A stretch of DNA of 64,000 bases from an uncultured Candidatus Saccharibacteria bacterium (GTDB lineage Bacteria > Patescibacteriota > Minisyncoccia > Phycocordibacterales > UBA918). Of this stretch, positions 56,342 to 64,000 are shown piece after piece. The DNA lies in NCBI GenBank assembly GCA_964643955.1, contig CAZXUO010000004.1:3882-67881 (forward strand), in the 5' to 3' direction. Both the position numbers and the translations under genes were made by a program. The notes under the pieces are model-generated. The model did no database searches, had not been told where the DNA came from, and saw only the letters and a program-made list of their open reading frames with translations. Positions within the stretch are counted from its first letter, which is position 1. Each line of letters opens with the position of its first letter.

Positions 56342-58090
56342 ATGCGCACTCCGCTTCTACGATCGCGCGGTATGACATTCGTCGACGTCGTCGTCGGCAG
56401 TGCACTTATCTTGCTCGTGTTTACGGGCATTATGGCGGGCGTGCGACTCGGAGTCGAACTACTTGGTCTTGCACGCGCAGAACAAGGCGCGCTCTCTATC
56501 GCGACTGAAGAAATCGAATATATTCGTTCGCTTCCGTATGACGACGTCGCAACTTTTGGTGGTATTCCTGCGGGATCCATTCCGCAATCAGAGAGTGTGG
56601 AGCTCAATGGTATTACCTATACAAAGCGCGTGTTCGTGCAGTACATCGATGCGCCGGAAGATGGATCGGGAATCAATGATGAAAATGATATTGTTGCCGA
56701 CTACAAGCGTGTACGTGTGGGTGTCTCATGGGAGACACGCGGGAAGGAGTATGAGACGACACTCGTGACCAATGTCGCGCCGCTCGGTATCGAAACGATT
56801 GTAGGGGGAGGCACGCTCCAGATTCAAGTGTTTGATGCGCTCGTCACTCCCGTTGCAGGAGCAACGGTGCGCGTCACCAACGCCTCGACAAGTCCAGCAA
56901 TCGACGTGACGACCGAAACAGGAGACGATGGACTCGTCTTCTTTCCGGGAGCTCCCACCGCGTCGGGTTATTCAGTGGTCGTCTCAAAAGAGGGATACTC
57001 ATCAGCGCAAACATACGCAGTCTCTGCAGGTAACACGTCTCCAGATCCGGGCTTTGTGACGGTTGCTGAAGGTCAGACGTCCTCGCTCAGTTTTGCAATT
57101 GATCGACTTTCATCGATGGCGATCCGCACACAGCTTCCGGTGGAACCGGCGACAACAACCGATAGCTTCGATGACTCATCACTCGTTGCTGATGTCTCAG
57201 ATGTACAAGTCTCTGGCGGGGAGGCAACCTTGGCTTCAGGAGATCTTGGATACCAGAGCTCGGGAATGCTCTACTCAACAGAAGTTACTGATCCACTCAT
57301 GCATGCATGGACATCACTTTCGTGGACAGATGACGAGGGCGCAGGCACCAGCGCAACGTACCGTCTCTACTACATGGACACCAATGATGTGCGACAGCTC
57401 GTCCCTGATGCTGCGCTTTCAGGAAATGCTGCAGGCTTTACCACATCGCCGGTTGACCTCAGTGCGTTTGATGCGGCACAGTACGACTCGCTCATCGTCG
57501 GTATCGAGTTTGAGACCAATAATCCTGCCGTGACGCCATCGGTCGAGAGTTGGTCGCTTGCATACGAGGTGGGACCAACACCACTTCCTAATATTGATTT
57601 TGACTTACAGGGAGCAAAGACAATCGGATCTGTCGGCGAATTGACTCCGGTATATAAATACCAAGCGTCGCTCGCGACTGACGGTAATGGTGACTACGAT
57701 GCAGATGAACTTGAGTGGGATACGTACGAGCTTACCGTCCCTTCTTCAACCGGCTACGATATTTCTGAATTGTGTCCCGTGCAGCCGATTGTTTTGAATC
57801 CAAATACCGATCTCGATGTGTCGGTCACACTTGAGCCACATACCACACGGTCGCTCCGCGTAGTCGTTGTTGATCCAAGTGGCGTGGCGCTTCCTGATGC
57901 ATCCGTACGACTCTCGGGTACAGGATATGATGAAACAATGGAGACGTCAGATTGCGGACAAGTATTCTTTACCAATCCAGGAGTCGTGCAGTATGCACTC
58001 GACACGACGCTCGCTGGGTACATTGCCGACTTACGCACGCATACAGTCGAAGGCACGGACGTGGTGGTCGTGACACTTTCTCCAAATTAA
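56342..58090 (+). CDS. Large minor pilin (PilV-like) with carboxypeptidase-regulatory-like domains
   Basis: RG|MTFVDV class III signal; GATVRV and DASVRL beta-sandwich repeats. Confidence 0.8.
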   Translation: MRTPLLRSRGMTFVDVVVGSALILLVFTGIMAGVRLGVELLGLARAEQGALSIATEEIEYIRSLPYDDVATFGGIPAGSIPQSESVELNGITYTKRVFVQYIDAPEDGSGINDENDIVADYKRVRVGVSWETRGKEYETTLVTNVAPLGIETIVGGGTLQIQVFDALVTPVAGATVRVTNASTSPAIDVTTETGDDGLVFFPGAPTASGYSVVVSKEGYSSAQTYAVSAGNTSPDPGFVTVAEGQTSSLSFAIDRLSSMAIRTQLPVEPATTTDSFDDSSLVADVSDVQVSGGEATLASGDLGYQSSGMLYSTEVTDPLMHAWTSLSWTDDEGAGTSATYRLYYMDTNDVRQLVPDAALSGNAAGFTTSPVDLSAFDAAQYDSLIVGIEFETNNPAVTPSVESWSLAYEVGPTPLPNIDFDLQGAKTIGSVGELTPVYKYQASLATDGNGDYDADELEWDTYELTVPSSTGYDISELCPVQPIVLNPNTDLDVSVTLEPHTTRSLRVVVVDPSGVALPDASVRLSGTGYDETMETSDCGQVFFTNPGVVQYALDTTLAGYIADLRTHTVEGTDVVVVTLSPN

Positions 58091-58092
58091 AC

Positions 58093-58704
58093 ATGCGTAT
58101 CTCTTCACAACAAACATTGAGAAAAGGATTTTCCCTCGTCGAAGTAATCATTACGATTTCGATTTTCTCGGTGTTGTCGCTCGCTGTTTCGAGCACGATT
58201 GTACTTTTCTACAAGAGCAACGAAGAGCGTGTCGCGCAGTCAGCAGAAGTGCAGAGCGCTTCGCGCGCGTTGAAGTCAGCTGTCCGCGACTTCCGTGAGG
58301 CGACGTATGCGGACAACGGATCATTTCCGATTACTGAAGCTTCAGCGCACGAGGTGACCTTTTACAGCGATATTGATAAAGACGATAGCGAGGAGCTTGT
58401 CACCTACGTGCTCGATGGCACCAATCTCATGCGCGAGGTGACCAACCCCACCGGAAATCCGCCGACGTACCCGGGTACGCCGAGTGAGACCACACTTATC
58501 TCTGAGTATGTGCGCAACATTGCACAGTCGCAATCCACCTTCGTTTACTACAACAGCGATGGCGATGTGATTAGCGGTTCAGATGTTGCCGAGATCGCTT
58601 CGATTCAATTTCAGGTTATCGTCAACATTGATCCTGATGCTGCTCCTGGTTCGTTTAAGATTTCCTCTCGTGCAACACTCCGCAACCTCAAGACGAACCT
58701 GTAG
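58093..58704 (+). CDS. Minor pilin (PilW-like)
   Basis: KG|FSLVEV N-methylation motif; C-terminal LRN. Confidence 0.85.
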   Translation: MRISSQQTLRKGFSLVEVIITISIFSVLSLAVSSTIVLFYKSNEERVAQSAEVQSASRALKSAVRDFREATYADNGSFPITEASAHEVTFYSDIDKDDSEELVTYVLDGTNLMREVTNPTGNPPTYPGTPSETTLISEYVRNIAQSQSTFVYYNSDGDVISGSDVAEIASIQFQVIVNIDPDAAPGSFKISSRATLRNLKTNL

Positions 58705-58753
58705 GATAACGAGTCGTTTTGGGTGAAGGGTGTTGGGTATACTTACACTATAT

Positions 58754-60154
58754 ATGTTTACGCGAGCACAGCGTACAAAAAATCTTTCGAAAGGACAGCT
58801 CGTCATCCTCATTCTTGTATTCGGATCGATTTTTCTTTTGATGCTCGCGTCGTTTCTTGGTTTGTTTATTACACAAAAGCGCTCCTCAGGCACTGCTGTA
58901 GAGCGAGAGCGCGCACTCCATATCGCCGAAGCAGGACTCGAGTACTACCGCTGGTACCTTGCACACAATCCAGGTGATATCACGAATGGTACGACAACAC
59001 CGCAGCCCTACATCCACCGCTACACGGATCCACAAACAGGACAGATCGGGCAGTTTGAGCTTACTGTAGAGGGAGCAAATGCTTCGTGCGGGCAAGTGGG
59101 CGCCATCGACATTACTTCGGTTGGATACACTGATGAAGATCCCGATACGAAACGAACTGTGCGCGGACGCTATGCGCGCCCGCTCGTTTCTGAGTATTCG
59201 TATGTGCTGAATGCGCCGTATACATTGATCGGTGCAGATCATGAGATCACTGGCCCGTATCACTCGAATGGCGATATTGAGATGGACGGCACCAATCATT
59301 CAATCATGACGAGTGCGCTTGAGGATGGTATCTACGGCGATGGCCCCAATGATGATTTGTGGCAGTTTCCGGTGCCGCCAGTTGATTTTGTCGGCATATC
59401 AGTCGATCTTTCGGCGATGAAAACTGCTGCGCAGAGCTCGGGTCTTCATTTTGGTCCGTCAAATAAGAAGGGATATCACGTGCTCTTTAAGTCAAACGGC
59501 ACCATTGAGGTGAGAAAGGTGAAGAGTACGTACAGCATGAATGCATATCGCGTTGATAATAATAACGAACAGACGGAAGATAATTTGATTAAAGAGCTCG
59601 AAAGCGCAACGACATACACTATTCCCAATAATTGCGCAATTTTGTTCTTTGAAGATCGCGTATGGGTAGAGGGGGTAGTCAACAAAAAAGTGACGCTTGT
59701 TGCTGCGCGTCCCGCGCACAGCACCGACCCGTCACTCATTCTCCCGGGAAATATAACCTATACAACCAACGATGGCTCCGCGGGACTTCTCGCGATTGCA
59801 GAAGATGATGTGCTCATCGCGCTCAATTCTCCTGAGGACATGACGATCAATGGTATTTTTGTCGCTCAGAAAGGATATTTTGGAAGAAATGGATATGGTA
59901 CCCGGGATAATGGTGTTCCAACAGGATATTCGAGTTACATAAAACAAGACGAGTTAGAAATTAATGGTACGATCATTTCAAACGGACGATCGGCAACTAA
60001 GTGGGTATCCGGCGGAGGCACGCTCTCTTCTGGGTATAACCATCGTGAAAGTTCTTACAATCGCACCCTTGTAGAAAATCCTCCACCAATGACTCCTGCA
60101 ACATCTGCTGATTACCAATTCATCGAGTGGAGAGAAGAAGTCGAAGCGCCATAG
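58754..60154 (+). CDS. PilX-like minor pilin, paralog A
   Basis: KG|QLV without E5; A..IAEAGLE PilX N-terminal motif; terminal WREE. Confidence 0.8.
   Translation: MFTRAQRTKNLSKGQLVILILVFGSIFLLMLASFLGLFITQKRSSGTAVERERALHIAEAGLEYYRWYLAHNPGDITNGTTTPQPYIHRYTDPQTGQIGQFELTVEGANASCGQVGAIDITSVGYTDEDPDTKRTVRGRYARPLVSEYSYVLNAPYTLIGADHEITGPYHSNGDIEMDGTNHSIMTSALEDGIYGDGPNDDLWQFPVPPVDFVGISVDLSAMKTAAQSSGLHFGPSNKKGYHVLFKSNGTIEVRKVKSTYSMNAYRVDNNNEQTEDNLIKELESATTYTIPNNCAILFFEDRVWVEGVVNKKVTLVAARPAHSTDPSLILPGNITYTTNDGSAGLLAIAEDDVLIALNSPEDMTINGIFVAQKGYFGRNGYGTRDNGVPTGYSSYIKQDELEINGTIISNGRSATKWVSGGGTLSSGYNHRESSYNRTLVENPPPMTPATSADYQFIEWREEVEAP
58872..59034. repeat. 163-bp direct repeat, copy 1 (copy 2 at 60264-60426)
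   Basis: 3 synonymous mismatches seen; flanks diverged. Confidence 0.88.
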
Positions 60155-60157
60155 TGT

Positions 60158-61693
60158 ATGCATTCATCTCAACTAAAGCAGAAAGGATATTTTGTCATCA
60201 TGATTCTGGTCTTCGGATCGGTTTTTCTCCTCATGCTCACGGCCTTTACAGGTCTTCTGGTATCACAAAAGCGCTCCTCAGGCACTGCTGTAGAGCGAGA
60301 GCGTGCACTCCATATCGCCGAAGCAGGTCTCGAGTACTACCGCTGGTACCTCGCACACAATCCAGGTGATATCACGAATGGTACGACAACACCGCAGCCC
60401 TACATCCACCGCTACACGGATCCACAGACCGGGGAGGTGGGGCAATTTGAATTGACGGTAGAAGGTGCGCAGAGTGCGTGCGGATACATTGGTGCAGTCG
60501 ATATCACGTCGGTTGGTCGCCTCGATTCAGATCCCGACAAGCCGCGCGCCATCTTCGGTCGGTACACACGCCCAAACGTTGCTGAGTATGCGGCAATAAA
60601 TAATGTAGGGGTGTGGGTTGGCGGTGGTACCGAGATTAGTGGCCGGTGGCATTCAAATGGTGGCGTGCGCATGCAAGGCTACAACGATTCTGTGCTTACG
60701 AGCGCTGTAGAAACGTGGCTCTGTACCTCTTCGTACGGATGTACCCCAGACAGGACAGTGCCGGGAATTTATGGCTCTGGCGATGATTCTCTTTGGCAAT
60801 ACCCAGTGCCGCCGATAGATTTTGAGGGAATGGCAGTCGATCTTCTTGATATCAAGACGCGCGCGACTTCTGGCGGACGATACTTTGGCTCGGTAAGCGT
60901 GCCTCCACCCTCTTCAAATACCTTTAAAGGGTATCAGGTTATTTTCAAATCGGATGGTACCTTTGATGTATTTAAGGTGAAGAGCAATGCAGTAGATACA
61001 ACATGGGCGTATGACGAAGGTGGTGGAGGTGGTACGGGCTTTTGGTTTACTGATGAGATCCTCAAGTCGTCTCAGACGACGTGTGCAGCATCAAATCCGG
61101 GCAGCTCGAGCTGCACACGTGTTCTTGTGGGCAACTACACAATTCCAGACAACTGCAGTGTGCTCTTTTTTGAAGATCGTGTGTGGCTTGAGGGCGTCAT
61201 TACGAAGAAAGTTACCATGGCGGTTGGTGATCTCGTAAATGCGAATACGGATCGTTCTGCAATCATCCAAAATAACATCACCTATTCTCCTGACGACGGG
61301 ACTGCAGGCTTCTTACTTTTTGCAGAAAACGACGTAGTGATCCCGCTCAATATGCCAAATAATATGACCATCAATGGTATTTTTGTTGCCCAGAAAGGTG
61401 CGTTTGGTCGACACAAGTATTGTCCAGGCAACTGTTCTCCAGATCGTCAGGGTGGTAGTGAAGCAATGAACTCAAGTTATACGTCACATCGTATGAAAGA
61501 TTCCCTTACGATAAATGGAACACGTGTTTCTTACGGCAAGGCTGTCTTTTACTACTCAGAAAGTACTTCAGGCGTTCGAGACCGAACGTATTCATACGAT
61601 ACCGATCTGATCGACGATCCGCCGCCGCTTATTCCATCGACGTCTGAGGATTATCGCTTCACTATTTGGGAGGAAGTGCCGGTCGAGGAGTAG
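60158..61693 (+). CDS. PilX-like minor pilin, paralog B (Cys-rich insertions)
   Basis: KG|YFV; same AEAG block; terminal WEEV. Confidence 0.8.
   Translation: MHSSQLKQKGYFVIMILVFGSVFLLMLTAFTGLLVSQKRSSGTAVERERALHIAEAGLEYYRWYLAHNPGDITNGTTTPQPYIHRYTDPQTGEVGQFELTVEGAQSACGYIGAVDITSVGRLDSDPDKPRAIFGRYTRPNVAEYAAINNVGVWVGGGTEISGRWHSNGGVRMQGYNDSVLTSAVETWLCTSSYGCTPDRTVPGIYGSGDDSLWQYPVPPIDFEGMAVDLLDIKTRATSGGRYFGSVSVPPPSSNTFKGYQVIFKSDGTFDVFKVKSNAVDTTWAYDEGGGGGTGFWFTDEILKSSQTTCAASNPGSSSCTRVLVGNYTIPDNCSVLFFEDRVWLEGVITKKVTMAVGDLVNANTDRSAIIQNNITYSPDDGTAGFLLFAENDVVIPLNMPNNMTINGIFVAQKGAFGRHKYCPGNCSPDRQGGSEAMNSSYTSHRMKDSLTINGTRVSYGKAVFYYSESTSGVRDRTYSYDTDLIDDPPPLIPSTSEDYRFTIWEEVPVEE
60264..60426. repeat. 163-bp direct repeat, copy 2
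   Basis: Matches 58872-59034. Confidence 0.88.
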
Positions 61694-61762
61694 GGGTGAA
61701 CGAGAAAAAGAGGTCGCGGGCGTAGCCCGCGGCCTCTTTTTCTCCGTGGTACAATCGGAGCA

Positions 61763-62548
61763 ATGAAAGCGAAAACAACACCAAAACGGCTGGTTGTCGG
61801 CAACTGGAAGATGAATCCACTGACGATTGGAAAGGCGAAAGAGCTCTTTATCGACATACGAAAAGAATCGTCGCGTCGCACCGGCGTCGAGACAGTCATC
61901 GCTGCGCCTGCGGTGTATCTTGCAGAATTGCGAAAGCTCACCAATGGTGTAAATACAAAGCTCGGCGCACAAGATGTCTTTTGGGAGAAAGAGGGAACAT
62001 ACACAGGTGAGATTTCAGTACCGATGCTCGAAAGCCTCGGTGTATCACACGTCATCATCGGCCACTCAGAACGCCGCGCACTCGGAGAGACCGATGATCA
62101 CGTACATAAGAAAGTCGCGGCAACGCTGAAGGCAGGACTTACGGCTATTGTATGTGTCGGAGAGTCTGATCGCGATGCGCACGGGAAATATCTTTCAGTT
62201 GTTGAAGATCAACTTCGCAGCGCATGCGCAGAGGTGCCCAAGGCCATGCTCAAGCGTCTGGTTGTCGCCTATGAGCCTGTGTGGGCCATCAGTACTGGAA
62301 ATGGAAAGGGGAAGACCGCGACACCCGCAGATGTGCATGAGATGGCGATTTTTATCCGTCGCATTCTCACCAGTATTCATGATCGTCCATCAGCTGACCG
62401 CGTCCGTATTCTTTATGGTGGCTCAGTGAACGAAGAAAACGCCGCACTGCTTTTTTCTGACGGTATGGTCGACGGTTTCCTCGTCGGCGGCGTAAGTCTC
62501 AAGTCAAAAGCATTTGCTGAAATCCTCTCAATAGCACAGAAGTCCTAG
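61763..62548 (+). CDS. tpiA: Triosephosphate isomerase
   Basis: GNWKMN, GHSERR, AYEPVWAI, LYGGSV. Confidence 0.97.
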   Translation: MKAKTTPKRLVVGNWKMNPLTIGKAKELFIDIRKESSRRTGVETVIAAPAVYLAELRKLTNGVNTKLGAQDVFWEKEGTYTGEISVPMLESLGVSHVIIGHSERRALGETDDHVHKKVAATLKAGLTAIVCVGESDRDAHGKYLSVVEDQLRSACAEVPKAMLKRLVVAYEPVWAISTGNGKGKTATPADVHEMAIFIRRILTSIHDRPSADRVRILYGGSVNEENAALLFSDGMVDGFLVGGVSLKSKAFAEILSIAQKS

Positions 62549-62551
62549 TGT

Positions 62552-63676
62552 ATGCCATTTTCTTCTATCGAAGAGGTTAAAGATTTGAAAGGGAAGCGTG
62601 TGATTTTACGTGCTGGTCTCAATGTGCCGCTTGTTGATGGTGTGGTGCGCGATGCATTTCGTCTTACGCAAGCACTCCCGACCATACAGTTTCTGGTTGA
62701 GCGCGGTGCACGCGTGGTGGTGCTTGCCCACATTGGCCGCGAACCGCACGAGACTTTGAAGCCCGTGTATGATGCGCTTACCAAATACATACCTGCTACG
62801 TGGGCAGGAGGCCTGCTTGGTGAAGAGGTGGATCAAAAGGTGGCAGCGCTCAAAGATGGCGAGGTGCTCCTGCTCGAGAATCTTCGCAGTGATGTGCGTG
62901 AAGAAGAAAACAACGAATCGTTTGCCCGCGCACTTGCGCTCCACGGAGATCTCTATGTAAACGATGCATTTGCCGACTCACATCGCGCGCATGCGTCGAT
63001 TGTTGGTATTCCAAAGTATCTCCCTGCATACGCGGGACAACTTTTTGTGAAAGAGTACGAAGCGCTTAAAAAAGCATTTACACCAGCCCATCCCGCACTC
63101 TTTATTCTCGGTGGTGCAAAGTTTGAAACAAAAATGCCGCTCGTCTCGCGTTTTGTAAAGGAATACGATCACGTCTTCATCGGCGGCGCACTTGCAAATG
63201 ATTTTTATAAAGCGCGCGGATACGAAGTGGGGGCATCAAAAGTTTCTGACATCGATCTCTCGGGCTCGCCGCTGCTCAATGACGACCGTGTCATTATCCC
63301 TGCGGATGTTGTGGTTGATGGTCCAGAAGGCCGTCGTACGATAAAGGCGGATGCAGTTGCTCCTGGGGAATCGATCCTCGACGCCGGACCTGAGTCCATG
63401 AAAGTCCTCGAGATACTTATCAAGAATGCGCACACGATTCTTTGGAATGGTCCGCTTGGAAATTTTGAAAAAGGATACAGCGATGCGACGGATGCCGTTG
63501 CACAGATGATTGCAGAATCATCGGCAACATCTATTTTAGGCGGTGGCGATACGGTCGCTGCAATCGAGAAGCTCAAGCTCGATAAGAAATTTTGTTTTGT
63601 CTCGACCGCAGGTGGTGCGATGCTTGTCTTCCTTGAGACCGAGACTCTTCCGGGTATTGAAGCGCTCAAGCGCTAG
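62552..63676 (+). CDS. pgk: Phosphoglycerate kinase
   Basis: NVP, H.GR, LLENLR, VNDAF..HRAHAS, WNGPLG.FE, GGGDT, STAGGA. Confidence 0.97.
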   Translation: MPFSSIEEVKDLKGKRVILRAGLNVPLVDGVVRDAFRLTQALPTIQFLVERGARVVVLAHIGREPHETLKPVYDALTKYIPATWAGGLLGEEVDQKVAALKDGEVLLLENLRSDVREEENNESFARALALHGDLYVNDAFADSHRAHASIVGIPKYLPAYAGQLFVKEYEALKKAFTPAHPALFILGGAKFETKMPLVSRFVKEYDHVFIGGALANDFYKARGYEVGASKVSDIDLSGSPLLNDDRVIIPADVVVDGPEGRRTIKADAVAPGESILDAGPESMKVLEILIKNAHTILWNGPLGNFEKGYSDATDAVAQMIAESSATSILGGGDTVAAIEKLKLDKKFCFVSTAGGAMLVFLETETLPGIEALKR

Positions 63677-64000
63677 CTATCCGAGTGCAGTGCGGATTTT
63701 TTCTGCAAACGTATTGATCTCACCCTCCGCATAGGAGGTTTTTTTGAGATTGCCAAAGACGCCATCGTTTTCAAAGCGGGGGATGATATGCATGTGTGCA
63801 TGAAAGACTTCTTGTCCTGCAGCAGGCTCGTTGTTCATGACAATATTCACGCCATCTGCACCGAGTGATTCCTTTAGTGCGCGCGCAATCATGTGCGCGG
63901 TCGCGGCCATTGCGAGAAAGGTCTCTCGATCAAGATCAAAGATATTGCGGAACTTTTGTTTCGGTACGACAAGCACGTGGCCTTTATTGTTTGGGTGGAT
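63677..64000 (-). CDS. HIT family nucleotide hydrolase (partial, 5' end outside window)
   Basis: GHVLVVPK and AGQEVFHAHMHIIPR histidine triad. Confidence 0.92.
   Translation of the reverse strand: MHPNNKGHVLVVPKQKFRNIFDLDRETFLAMAATAHMIARALKESLGADGVNIVMNNEPAAGQEVFHAHMHIIPRFENDGVFGNLKKTSYAEGEINTFAEKIRTALG

Noticed and set aside
58872-60426. Diversity-generating retroelement TR/VR pair (also considered for 9596-12075)
   Set aside because: No reverse transcriptase in the window; mismatches are not adenine-specific, are synonymous, and lie in the constant region
1-64000. CRISPR array, rRNA, tmRNA, RNase P RNA, IS transposases
   Set aside because: No regularly spaced repeats, cas genes or signature sequences seen

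Overview
Origin-of-replication region of a small-genome bacterium. The gene set points to Patescibacteria/CPR, probably Parcubacteria (inference): a PrgI/VirB4 T4SS-like cluster embedded in core genes, a type IV pilus cluster, RNase Y, an ECF sigma/DUF5667 pair, trigger factor without its PPIase domain, tRNAs without encoded CCA, and almost no biosynthetic genes. Gene order: yebC(partial)-ruvC-PBP1A, DciA-like/dnaN/oriC/dnaA, rpmH-rnpA-yidC, a 12.5-kb T4SS-like operon, rsmA, uvrD/pcrA, LysM-M23, comM, dksA-like, NYN, rpsO, Xer recombinase, 2OG oxygenase, xth, CCA enzyme, 4 tRNAs, yraN, ECF sigma, HU, pheA-like, rny, rarA, clpP, tig, ppa, nusA, purN-like, pilB/pilC/minor pilins, tpiA, pgk, HIT(partial). 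The least-explained signals are: (1) two surface systems, each with tandem paralogs sharing a near-identical DNA core but unrelated tips (481-bp identical block in VirB2-like pilins; 163-bp block in PilX-like genes); (2) several unannotated structured RNA candidates (141-230/6489-6590 covarying repeat; 33187-33520; 39620-39775; 41663-41805); (3) a leaderless leader peptide with terminator/antiterminator upstream of an array of small ORFs; (4) a cluster of six parS-like sites, three inside CDSs, flanked by a repeated TAAAGGACA motif and a DnaA box; (5) pervasive -10 boxes 6-9 nt before start codons, suggesting leaderless mRNAs. All calls are by eye; no database searches were run.
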